Origin: Cyanophora paradoxa CCMP329
Lineage: Eukaryota > Plantae > Glaucophyta
Assembly: GCA_004431415.1 (NCBI GenBank)
Contig: QPMI01000420.1
Span: 62,001-126,000 of the forward strand
DNA length: 64,000 bases
Direction of reading: 5' to 3'
Part shown: piece by piece, positions 1 to 11,611 of the stretch
Numbering within the stretch: position 1 is the stretch's first letter
How the letters are laid out: every line of letters begins with the position of its first letter
The notes under the pieces: generated by a model
Told to the model about the DNA's origin: nothing
Seen by the model: the letters and a program-made list of their open reading frames with translations, nothing else
Databases searched by the model: none
Made by a program: the position numbers and the translations under genes

Positions 1-1276
1 ATATTAATGTCCTGCACCGGGGTCTGTTGCTGCCGGTAGGGCGGGGACCTAGCCAAACTGCATACAGGCCATGACTGTGACCGAGGGCGGAGCACAAGAA
101 GCGGTTGGGGGGCTTGAGAGGAGGCGGGGGTGAGGGGGGGGAGTTCGCTAGGCGCAAGGGGTACTTCATGAGACAGAGTTGAGCCGTTGAGAAGGAGCAG
201 GGAGGGGCTACAGAAGCGGCGCGCGATGAGGGAGCTATGGCGCTCGGGCTCCAGGCGGCCTCGCCGGCCTGCAGCTGGCGGGCGGCGAGGAAGGCGGCGG
301 CGGTGGGATCGCGCTGGGAGAGGAGGGCGGCGAACTTGGCCACCGCCGCGAGGGGAGGAGGCGGCGAGGAGGGAGGAGGGAGGACAGGAGGGCCGCGAAC
401 TTCGGAACTTGGCCGCCGCCGCGGCCAACGGTTGGTGTTCCCCGGCGGAGCAGGGACCTCCTCCCGCGCCTTCTTGGCGGCCTCCGCGGCGTCCTCCGCC
501 GCCGCCCGCTTGCGCCTGGCCGCGGCTTGCACCGCGGACGATCTCAAGGGCGGCGTCGAGCGGCTCGCGCGTTAGCCATAGCTATAGCTTCTTGCTCACT
601 AATGTACGCTCACCGAAGGAAAGCGGAATGGTCGATCGCTTTGTGGCTTGGCACAGCTGGGAGATGTCCACAGCTTCGTATTCCGAAAAGTCCATGAGGC
701 TCCCGTGCTCCGGTGCTGCCCTGCGAGAAGAGAATGCGGCTCGGGTCCAAGTACAGGTACTCGAAAGTCGGCCGGATCGTGCAAATGAACATACCGTCGA
801 AAGTGCTTGGCGCGTAAACGCGGCTAACCCGAAACGGCCCGCTGGCGCTCCGAAGAGCCTGTAAACTTGTAGATCAGTCAACCTCGAACATAAAGACAGC
901 AAAGCCGAGGCGCGCCGAGCGGCGTCGGCGGCGCACGAGACGAGAACGCGCACGGCGGTAATTGGATGGCCAGCTGACAGGTCGGCGGAAACGCTTCGCC
1001 CCGCGCAGCTGGACCCCCTAGCTGGCTCCTGTGATGTGCGGCCTCCGCCCCTAGGCGCGCGGTGCTTGCTTTGGGCCGTATACGTAGAAGTTCAATGCCA
1101 GGCGTGTGTACCCGCCGGCCTCCCGCGAGCCCGTACCCGGGCGGAGCAACAAAACCGGGAAAACCGGAGGCCTTTGACCGGCTCTCAACCTTCGGAAGCG
1201 GTTGGATAGGTCGGCCGCTTCGTCCAGAGTCGCGCGCGGCGCTGGCGGAGCAGCGTCGCGGGTCGCTCGGCCAGCG

Positions 1277-4200
1277 ATGAGGGCGCCCGCGGGCGGCGGC
1301 GCGCTGGCGCTGCTGCTCGCGGCTTCAGTGCTGCTGGCGTGGTTCGCGGCGCCCGCCGCCGCGATCAAGGCGCACTCGTACGCGTGGAGCCACGTCCTGA
1401 ACGAGAAGCCCGTGCTGGTGCGGACGGCGGGGCCGTGCCCGTGCCTCGTTTCGTACTTCGTGGAGGCGAGCCCGTTCAGCGTGCGGGCGGCGCTCGTGCT
1501 GCTCAGCTCGGGCGCGTACGAGAAGTTCGTGGCGGGTCAGCTGCGCCCCGACGAGCCCGGGCAGGAGACGGTCGTCGTGGAGAGCTCCGGGACGCTCGCG
1601 CGGGCGGAGGACTTCCGGCAGGCGGCGGTGCCCGACGGCGAGCACCTCTTCGTCGTCCTCGCGCCGCTGGCCACGGGCTACATCCCCGTCCGCGTCCTCG
1701 TCGACATCGTCCCCGCCGGTCCGCTCGATGCGCGTGCGCCGCGCGCCTCGGATCGGCTCGAGCTCGATCGGCGCAGACGGCGGGTCGGTGACGCTGCCGC
1801 CGGGCCAGGCGCTGGTGCTGAGCAGCGCGCGGGCGTGCCCGTGCGCGGCGGCGAACCAGCTGGCGACCGACGCCGACCCGAAAGACCTCGTCGTTGCGTT
1901 CCTGGACGACGACGGCCTCGCGGCGGCGCTCGGCGGCTCCGGCGGCGGCGCCGTCGCCCCCGTCGCCGGCTTCTTCCCCTCGGGCGCCGCGCACAGCGCG
2001 CCGGCGGACGCGGCGGCGGTGCGGCGGGTGCGGGAGCGGGCGCTGAAGGGCGCGGCGGGGACCGTCGGGCAGCGGATGCACGTCGTGCTGGCGAACCTCT
2101 CGCCGCGGCCCACCGCCGTCCAGGTCGCCCTCGCCATGGCCGGCTCCCGTGCGCGCCAAGCCCGCCTGCGCGCCCCGCTCGGACCGTCCTAGCGTCTGAC
2201 GCCTCGCGCAGATCCGCCGGAGGTGGAGTTCGCGACGGGGGCGCCGACCTCGGGCGGGCCCGTCGCGATCGTGGGGCGCCACTTCGGGTCCCGGCAGGAC
2301 CTCTTGGGCCAGATCACCATCGGCGGCCGGCCCTGCGCCTCCCCGCAGCTGTTGCTCCCGGGGCACCTCCTCCGCTGCGACGCCGCCCCGGGTACGGGGT
2401 TCGCCCTCGACGTCTCCGTGACCGTCGCCGGGATGAGCTCCGGCGCCACCGGCCGCCGCCGCTTCTGGTACGACGGTCAGTGTACCCCTGCCTCCAAGAA
2501 TGGTGTACCCCCAGCTCTGAGCCCTGCGGCAGGCCCCTACGTCTCGAACGTCACGTCGGCCCCGCCGACGGGGGGGACCGTGACGATGCGTGGCGGCAAC
2601 CTCGGGGCGGGGGGTACGGGTGGCGAGGTCGCGACCTGGATCGGCGGGCGACGCTGCACCAACGCGCGCGTCTCCGTGCCCCACAGCGAGGTCCGCCTGT
2701 ACCCCCCTCCAACCCCCGCGGACCGCGCCAAGCTGTACCCCAGATCGTCTGCGAGGCGCCCCCGGGTACGGGATCCGGCTTGGACGCCGTGGTCCGCGTG
2801 GGGGGTAGGCCCGCCGACTTCGACGGCGCCGGTGCCTTCGCTTACGGCTTGTACCCCCGTGCGGCCTCCCCCCCACCCTCCCACCGCCCTCTGACCCTCC
2901 CCACAGCGGCGAAGAGCGCGGCGGACGGCCGCCGCTGGGCCGTACTCGTCTCGGACGACCCGGCGGGCGATTCCACCGCCGCCTCCGCCGCCGGCTGGCG
3001 CGCCCGCGCCGTACCCCGCGCCTCTTCCTCGGTGCGTTCTTCCCTTTGTTTCCCGTACCCCGCTGCGCCACTAAGGGAGCCACCCGCAGCCCGAGCGGGT
3101 GCGGGAGGCGGTCCTGGAAGCGGCGAAGGGCGGCGCCGAGGTGTGCCCTCCCTCGCGCGTCCCCCGCGGGGGAACGAGACGGCTCAACGTACCCCCTTCT
3201 CCCCCCCCTTTTTCCGCCCGGTAGGTCGTTTTCGTTGGGGACGCCCCTGCCGCCGCCGCGCTGCTCCGCGCCGGGCTCCCCCTCCAGCCGCCCGGCGCCC
3301 TGTACCCCTTCCTTGTCTCCTCCAACAGAGGTTCGAATCTCTCCGCCGTTCGGTCCCCTCGTTTTCCCCGCTGACTCGTCGGGCCTCCGCAGGGGCGGAC
3401 GCCGGCCCCCACTGGATCGACGCTGAGGGGTACGCCGGCGCCCGCTCCCGCACCGGTACCCCCTCGCGCGTCTGGGCCGTCCGCGGGGAGGAGGGCACGC
3501 GCCTGCGCTTCCCCGTCCAGTCTTTCCCGGCCCCTGCCCCGGCCTCCAACGTGTCTCGGCACCCCTCCCTCGGCCCTTTCGCCGTGTCGTACCCCTACGT
3601 GGCCCGGCTGGGACCTGGGGGCACCGCGTTCCTTTGGGAGGCGCTGTGGGCGCTGCCGGCGGCCCCCGCAGCGGGCGGCGGCTCGGCAGCGGCCCTCTGG
3701 GCCCAGCGCCTCCTCGCCGAGGTCGAGGGGGGTACGCTGATCGTTCCATCGACGCCGGACGACGGCGCCCCGGTTGGTGTGCGCGCCCCCGAGGCAGAAC
3801 CTTGTACCCCCGAGGCGCTGTCGGCGGGGGCGGCGGCGGCGGCGGAGTGGCGGCGCGGGGGTCGGCCCTTCGAGGCGGCCGCGGCGTCCCTCGCGGCCGC
3901 CCTCGCCTCCGCCGGGGCCTGGCCCGAGGCCGACGCGGCCGCCGCCGCCGCCTGGGTCCGCTCCCTCCGCGAGGCAGGCGTACCCCTCCCAAGCCTCCCC
4001 TCCCCCTCCCCTCGCCCGCGTCGGCGCCGGCGGCGGCCGCAACGCGCACAGCGGCGCCCAACGCGAACCGCATCGTCATCAACCTCGACGGCAGCCTCTC
4101 CTCCCCCCCCTCCTCCTTCGGCTCCGCCGCGTCTCTCTTCGGCGCGGCCTCCGCCCCCGCCCCCGCCCCCGCCTCCCGAGCCCTTCCTCGTACCCCTCCC

Positions 4201-6281
4201 CTCCTCCTGCCCCTTCTTCCCCACACCCCGCCCCCTTCTTCTCTGGCCCGGCCTTCCTCCGGCCCCCCCTCCGCCCCCCGCCCTTCGTCTCGTTCGTCAT
4301 CGGTACCCGCAACGACAACTACGGCGGCTCCCTCCACCGCCGCCTCCAGGTACCCCCCCCGGCGCCCATGTACCCCATCCCACCCCCGCTTCTCCGACGC
4401 TTGTACCCCCGCAGGTCTTCGTCGACATGCTCGCGGGTCTCTGCGATCGGTACCCCCCTTCCCCTCCCATAGTCCCAGCGCCCTCCCCGCCCCTTCCGAC
4501 CTGTACCCTGGGCAGGCACGCCATCGAGGCCGAGCTGATCGCAGTGGAGTGGAACCCCCCGATGGATCGTGTACCCCTCGCGCAGGCGAGCCGCGCGTAC
4601 CCTCGCCCTCAAATAGCGTCCCCCCTGACGGCTCTCTGTTTTCCTTCCAGGCCTTCACTTGGCCCCGCCCCTCCTCCCGCCTTGCCGTCCGCATTGTTAC
4701 CGTACCCCCCGAAGTGCGCCCCCCCCCTCTCCCACCCCCCACCCTTTTTCGCCCCGCTCCTTGCGTGGCCGCCGGTTCGAATCCGCGCAGGTCCACTTTA
4801 CGTACGAGAACAGCCGCAGGACGCCCCACTTTGAATACATTTCGAAGGCGCGCGCGCCGCCCGTATCCCTTCCGCCCACCATTTCTTTTGCGTATCCCTA
4901 AAGCTCCTTCCCGCCAGAACGCCGGCATCCGCCGCGCGCGCGGCCAGTACATCTTCGCCACGAACCAGGTACCGCTGTACCCCCTCCCGAACCGCTGTAC
5001 CCCGCCCCGCCGCCTTTAACCCGACAGCCCCCCGCCTCGTTCCGATCAGGACGTGATCCTGAGCCGGGGGATGGGCGAGCTCCTGGGCTCGCGGGCCCTC
5101 GACCCCGAGGCACGCCGGGCTCCCCGTGCCCTTCTCAAACACGAGTCTGACGCCGGAGACGCTGTGTGCGGTAGAGCTACTACATGTCGCGGCGGTTCGA
5201 CCTGCCGGCGGCGATCCCCCCGGGCCTCCCCTACGACCAGGCCATGCAGGCGCGCCTCCCCCTCTTTCTTTCCCGTCCCGCGTTCCTTCCCTGACTCTCG
5301 CGGCCCCTCCCCCAGGTGGCGGAGGGGCAGGGGATCGCGCACCTGGTGGTCTTCTCGGGGGAGCCGCGGATGGTCTTCGGCGACTACGCCGACCCCGACT
5401 GGGGCCCCAGGTCCGTCCCAGCTTAGATCGGAAGAGATATGACGGAAAGAGATTTATCTGATGGGTGGGCACGTGCACGCAGGCTCGCGGCCGACCCGCA
5501 GACTAAGGTGCCGTCATTCGCTGCTCCGCGCTGCGCTGGCTTCGAATTCACCGGGGCTTACCTTGCGCCGCGGCAGGGCGGCCTCCAGGAGCCCGTCCGC
5601 GTCGCCCGCTACGCCCAGATCACCCGCGACAAGGCGGGCACCCTCTCTATCTCACGCCTTCCTTTCCTTCTTACAAAGGGTTGGGCCGGCCGGGCAGGTG
5701 GGGGACATGCTGCTGATGCACCGGGCGATCTGGGAGCGCCTGCGGGCGTACCCCGAGCTCCCCACCAACTCCGCCATCGAGATGCGCCTCCCCGCCAACG
5801 CCGCCGGTGCGGGAGGATGGCGGGGTACAGGTCTCCGGGGCTTTGCCTTCTCACGTCTCTCTCTCCGTGCAGCGGTGGGGTACAAGTACGTCATGCTGCG
5901 CCCCCCGTACGCCATCTTCCACCAGGACCACGAGCACCAGCGGCGCGTGCACCCCCGTCTCGCCCCCTCCCTTTTCTGATCTTCGGAGCAGGTGGGACCG
6001 GCCGGTGAGCGACCTCCCGTGGGACGACCTCGAGCGCGTCGTGGTGAGCGAATTGTTTGGTCGAGGGCTTTACTTTCAGGGCATCGACGTCTAGAAATTT
6101 CGAATTCGGCTCCGACAGAAGCAGCCTAGCCCGTCCCTTCCCGAGTATTTAATGCCTAGAAGGGCTGCGCCCCTCCCGCCCCTTGCTGACGCCCTTGCAG
6201 CAGGGTGGGCGGGCGGAGAACGCGAACGGGCCCGACTGGGGCCTCGCGGGGCACGACCTTAGCGAGGCGCAGCTGGCGTGA
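1277..6281 (+). CDS. Multi-exon secreted protein: signal peptide, IPT/TIG repeats and C-terminal GT-A/GT2-like glycosyltransferase domain
   Basis: N-terminus MRAPAGGGALALLLAASVLLAWFAAPAAA. IPT-like repeats (PTSGGPVAIVGRHFGS...ITIGGRPC...LRCDAAPGTG; PTGGTVTMRGGNLG...IGGRRC). GT-like exons SFVIGTRNDNYGG, EWNPP, KNAGIRRARGQYIFATNQD, GDMLLMHRAIW, IFHQDH. Ends DWGLAGHDLSEAQLA-stop. Short GT..AG introns; junctions approximate. Confidence 0.65.
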
Positions 6282-6507
6282 TCGCAATCGCTAGTTAATA
6301 TTGTGCGGACTATGTGCCGTAATCTTTACAGAAAAACTATTGACTGCAGAGGCCGCCAGCTGCCAGCTATAGATCTAGCCGCCATATTCAAGTGCGCAAC
6401 TCGGCAAGACCGGAGCTGTGAAGGCGCTCCGCCTCCTTGATAGTCTTGTGAAGGCAATCCCAGCCGAAGGCGTCCACCACTTCCTAATATGTCGAAGGCC
6501 ATTCAAT

Positions 6508-8075
6508 TCAGATTATATTTTCGAAATCGCGCAGTTGAGAGAAAAGTCGTGCACTCATGATCACCTTGAAGAGAAGTCGGGCACGCGTGAAACGGGCCTC
6601 TAGATCGATATCCTCGCCGTCTCGATTCGAGCTCGCGACGCGCCGAATATGCTCCGCAATGGCCTCATCCAAGCTCTGAATGAGTTTTTCGCGCAAGACT
6701 TCTGGATTGTGATATCCTATGCGTGCAGACGAATCGACTTCAATCTGGTGCGGACACACATTAATGTGATCATGGCCGGTATTCGTGTGGACACACATTA
6801 ATGTGAATGTGATCGATATCGCACCATCTTTCGCGCTGTAAGCCAAAACTTATCGTCTTGCATGCGCCCCGGTTCGTACGGAAACTGTAGGACGTCCAGC
6901 TAGTTATAAATTATTATTAAATATAAATAATTTTCGCAAGCGATCATCGGATATCAATAGCCATATATATATGCATGGCATGCTCACGATCAATACCAAT
7001 ATCATATGCATCATGATATCGAAACATATATATTAATTATATAATTATATAAATCCACATGCATGTATATGCATGCTCAACCATGAGCACGCACATTTGA
7101 CGCCAGAAACTTCAGTGCAGCTTGTCCAGCCTTGAGAATGTCGCCAGGCAAGCGGCCGTTTCCTGGCGAATCGGCACGCTTCCGGCTTCAAAATATCGCC
7201 AACAGGAAGCAGAAATCCGGATCCGGGAAGCACTTGCCTTCTTGCGAAGCAACGGCCAGGAGGTTGTCGATAAATCGGAACTTGTCGTCTTCGCTCCCGT
7301 AAATTCCCAGCTGCCCCCACCGCCAATGAGCGTTATTTCGAAAACTCCAGTCGCCCGAGGACAACAAGGCCGAAACAACGTCTGCGATGGCTACCGCGGT
7401 CGTCTCTCCAGAGAGCGGGTGATCCACGCGCCCTCGCAAAACAGCCTCGGCATTTGTACAACACCGCTTTGCAACATGCTCCTCCAGAAGTTTCCCGACA
7501 AAAAATGGCCTCGCGAAGGGAAGCTTGTCGCGGGACAGCGCTGCAAGCTCCTCGCGCCCCGTCGCCGCGGCGCACTCCGCGATGCGGTCCGCGTCGGCGG
7601 GCTTGGCTTCCCGCTGCACAAAGGCGACTGCGGAGCGCAGGCCCTCCTCCCACCTGCGCATGCGAATTAAATGGTAAACCGGAATACATGGAATACTTTG
7701 AATTTCGCACCCGTACTCGCAGCAGGCGCGGAAGAACGAAAGCGCCGACTGCACGTCCTTATATTTAAAAGACGGGGGCCCGGAGAGCGCCTCGCCGTCC
7801 CTGTACATGTACAGCGCCCACAGGAACGCCTCGAAAGCTTCGGGGTCCGCCGGGGCGGAGATCTCAACGGGCTGAGGAGAGCCGATGGCGAGCGGCGCCG
7901 GCGGGCGCCCGGGGCGCCAGCGGTCGGAGAGGAGCGCGTCGAAGAAGGAGGCGCGGCGGAGGATCTCCGAGCCGAGGAAGTAGCGGCGCTCGCCGACGAC
8001 GAGCTCGACGTCGGCGTACCGCGCGTTGTTGAAGAATTCGAAGCGACTCTCCATGGGAATCAGGACAGGCTGCAT
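6508..8075 (-). CDS. BTB/POZ-domain protein (3' extent uncertain)
   Basis: FNNARYADVELVVGERRYFLGSEILRRASFFDALLSDRW...DPEAFEAFLWALY is a typical BTB start. The 6508-6846 ORF may be a downstream exon. Confidence 0.65.
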
Positions 8076-8371
8076 GCGGGAGTTTCGTCAGTTCCCTATC
8101 AGTATGAAATTTCGAAATCGGGGCGACGGCGCATGCGAAAACGCGCGCCCGCGGCCTTGCAAAATTGCTGCGACGTCGACCGAACTGCAAGTGAATGCAA
8201 GGCGGTACCCCGGTTACTTTTGCTCTCCTTGACAGTGAGGTTACTTCCCTCTAGTTGTATTATATTATTTTCGCCGAGTCGTATAGGCTCCGGATCCTCT
8301 AGCTTGTTATATTGATTGATTATCAAGTATTTCTAGAGTTCCCCTCAAGGCCCTCGCTCCGCCATCCGAAA

Positions 8372-9065
8372 TCAGCTGCCCGGGGCTGAGCTGCCCGGCC
8401 CCCGAAATCAAGCTTAAGGATATCGATCCGGACAGATCGCATTCGAATTCGACCGCATTGCAATTGATCGAAGGACGGGCGGATTTAAGCAAAGAAGCAA
8501 AGAAGCCCGAGCAAAGAAGGGAACCCGGGGGAGGGGCAGGGAGTGGAGGGGAGAGGATCGGAGGGGGAAAAAGGGGGAGGAGGAGGAGGATCGAGGAGGA
8601 GGGGTCGCGTGCGCGGGCGAAGACCCTAGGGGGGGCGGGGGGAAGGGGGGTGGCCGTGGTGGGGCGAACTCAATTTGAAACTCAGCTCAGACTAATTTTA
8701 TTTTGCCGCAGGCCGCTGAGGAAGGACGTGCTCCTGGCCGCCATCAGGCGGCACGCGGCGCCCGCCTTGCAGCTGCCGCCGCGCGCGCGCCCCAAGGGCT
8801 GAGCTGCCCGGCCCCCGAAATCGAGGACAGGCCTAGGGGACCGCTCTTGAAGGACGACCGGATTTAATTTGTAAATATAGAAGCCTGAGCAAAGCCTGAG
8901 CAAAGAAGAGGATCCGGGGGAGGGACAGGGAGGGGAGGGAAAGGGGCCGGGGGGGGGGGGAGGGGGGGGAGGAGGAAGAGGAGGTCGGAGGGAGAAGCCA
9001 TTGGGAGGCGAAGGGGGGGCGGCTGCGGGCCGGGGAAAGGGGGCTGGTGGGGAAAACTCAATTAG
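8372..9065. repeat. Two degenerate ~300-400-bp tandem units with purine-rich tracts
   Basis: gggctgagctgcccggcccccgaaatc at ~8383 and ~8796. aagaagcc(c/t)gagcaaag...G-rich...aactcaatt blocks at ~8500-8675 and ~8880-9063. Confidence 0.5.
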
Positions 9066-10032
9066 ATATTAATTGATCTAAGACTCGATCAAGACTAATT
9101 CCCCTCTGATCTCTTCTGAAATTCCCTCATCCAATTCCCCCCCTTGTGATCAATTGCTCCTCTAGATCCGCTCTCCCCTTCTTGCCGCCGCGAGACGAGC
9201 TGCCATGGAGCTGCCGCTGCCGGAGCTGCCGGAGCTGCCCAACTTGAACCCGCTGACCCCCACGAACGACGAGCTCCACACTCTCCGGTGCGCCCCGGCC
9301 CTCGGCCGACCCGAGCGCGAAACACTGTGAGCACGCGTCTGACAGTGTAGCAGGGAAGGCCTCGACGGGAGGTGAAACTCGCTCCCTTCAAGTTCTCGCC
9401 GCGCGCGGTCGCGCGCGCGCCGGCGCCTGACGCGCGAACGGACGTGGGCCGCAGCTTGAGGACCCTCCGACAGCGCATCGGGAAGGTCGCGCGCCCTGCT
9501 AAAGCTAAAGCCTGAGGCTTGGCTTAGCTGAAGATCACATATGCATTCGGCGAGCAGGCGGTCTTCTTCTCCAGCGCGCTCCTCATCTCGAGCATGATAT
9601 ACACCAGCTTTCGCGCCGTCAAGTGCGCTGGCAGCTGCCCGCGCCGCGAAATCCGAACGCCGCAAAAATCTAATCTAATTAATCCCGGCCCGGCCTCTCT
9701 CACTGTTCCGGAACGCCGCGGCGGGCAGGCCGACCTGGCGGGACGGGGTGGTCACGGCGACGCTGGCGGGGTCTGCGGTTGTCATCTACCGCTACTACTT
9801 CGCCGAGTAGCCGGCGCCGATTAGCCGGCGCCGCTATTTTTAAATTTGAACGAAAACTGCAAACTCGTCTGGTGCCGGGCTGCCCGCAAGCCGAGTGAAA
9901 GCCTCTGCAGCTGCATGGAGGGCTTACGCTGCTGCGCTATTCAAGCGAGAATTACCTACTAAGCTACGTCACGAGCTAGAGCTTTAAAGAAGGCGAGGGG
10001 GGATCGACCGCCGGACGCCGGTGGCGCCGCCG

Positions 10033-11302
10033 CTATCGGGGCGCCTCGGCCGGCTTGGCGAGGGCCGCCGGCTTGAGCTCTGGCTTCTTGAAGCCGGAGC
10101 CGTAGAGCTGCCGCGCGTAGTCCGCCCACGAGGCCCCCGTCGTCGCCGCCACCAGCGCCCTGCCCGGCGGGGGGTACCGTCGCGTTCGAGGCCGGGGGGG
10201 GGGGGGGGGGGGCGAGGGGCCGCACGTGAGGGCGGGTACGATGACGTCGGGGAGGACGGGGGCGTGGCTGCCGAAGGCGGCGGAGAGCAGCGCGAGGCAG
10301 ACGAGCCCGAGCTGGCCGAAGGTGTTCACCTGGGGGGGTACAGGAATGAGGCTGGGGTACTGGGAGAGGGGGCCGGGGGTACGCGAACTTTGGAGAGGTA
10401 CGTGGGCTGGGCGGAGTAGGTTTCGATCTTCGTGTCGAAGAAGCGTTGGAGGGTGATCTGGTGACGGGAGGGGGGTACCCGTCAGCGGAGGCAGAGGGCC
10501 GGGGGAAAGGAACGAGGGCACCGGGGGAGGTACGGTGCGGTACCGCGCGTAGCAGACGGCGCCGACGAGAAACGCGTCGCGCGCGACGACGAGGGCCACG
10601 AGCCAGGCTGCACGGGGTCGGATCCGCTGCGGGGCGGCCGAGATGGAAAAGATCAAATCTGCTGACCGGAGAGCAGGGACTTCGCCGCGAGAGCGACGGT
10701 GAGGCAGCCAACGAGCACTTTGTCCGCGAGCGGGTCGAGGTACGATCCCATCACGGACTTCATGTTGTACCGCTTGGCGATGTAGCCGTCAAGCTGCGCG
10801 GGCGCGGCGCGCGCGGCCGGCGCGTGAGCCTCGCGTCGACGCGACGGCGGACGATGCGCGCACCCAATCGGAGAATCCCGCGAGGAAGAAGCCCGCGCAG
10901 GCGCGCACGTAGTGCTCCTCGAAGACCCAGAGAGCGATGACGGGTGTGCAGGCGATCCGGGCCAGCGTTAGAATGTTCGGGATGCTAAGCAGCTTGTGGG
11001 ACACCTGCGTGCGTGCCGCTCTGCTTCCGGAGAGCCGCGGCGGCGGAGCGGCGCGAGTGTACCTCGCAGTTTGCTTCGCGCGGGTCCGGAGGCGGCAGCC
11101 CGAAGCCTCCCAGCGTCGGAGCGGTCCTATACAAAGCGCCCGGGAGTGATCGCGGCGCCGGCCACGCCGCCGCGAGGGCCTTCGGCGCTGCTGGCCGCGC
11201 CGGCGCACGGATCAAGCTCAGACCCGCCCAATGCGGCTGCCGGACGCGCGGCGCGGCGCGGCCGACCGCCCGGAGGCCGGCCAGCGAGGCCCGTGCCAGC
11301 AT
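10033..11302 (-). CDS. CRLS1: CDP-alcohol phosphatidyltransferase, cardiolipin synthase type (multi-exon, likely mitochondrial presequence)
   Basis: Exons read [16 protein letters not shown]...GFSDW|[28 protein letters not shown] (DG-x2-A-x-x8-G-x3-D-x3-D motif), LVVARD and PTYLSK|VNT. N-terminus is Arg/Ala/Leu-rich. Confidence 0.8.
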
Positions 11303-11611
11303 GGGGGGGTATGGCTCGCAACGGGTCAGAGAGGTGGCTCGAGTACTTTTGTGCGAAGGTCGCTCCCAGATTCCGGCTGTCTGAGCAGCCGGCCTGCAGT
11401 CTCGCGGGCGCCAGAACCCGGATCCGAGCCGCGTGGCCCGACCGCGCTCCCTGAGAATCGCGCGCGCCTACGACGCGCGGGTGCAGAGCGTTTCCGACGA
11501 AGCCGGCTGCAGCGTTGCGAGCATGGCGAAGCTTTCATCTGGTATCTAGGCTCGCGCGACTTCGTGGCATCGCGGCGGCCCGAGCACTGCGAGCTAAGCG
11601 CGGCTCGGCCG

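Noticed and set aside
1-953. Possible minus-strand host gene at the window start; likewise ORFs at 9162-9665 and 16968-17690
   Set aside because: No recognisable domain or consistent exon chain could be built.
1202-5019. Very long ORFs (1210, 1152, 461 aa) and similar ones at 11923-13892 and 60886-63201
   Set aside because: These arise from stop-poor, very GC-rich DNA read through introns or antisense; the translations are low-complexity R/P/G/A.
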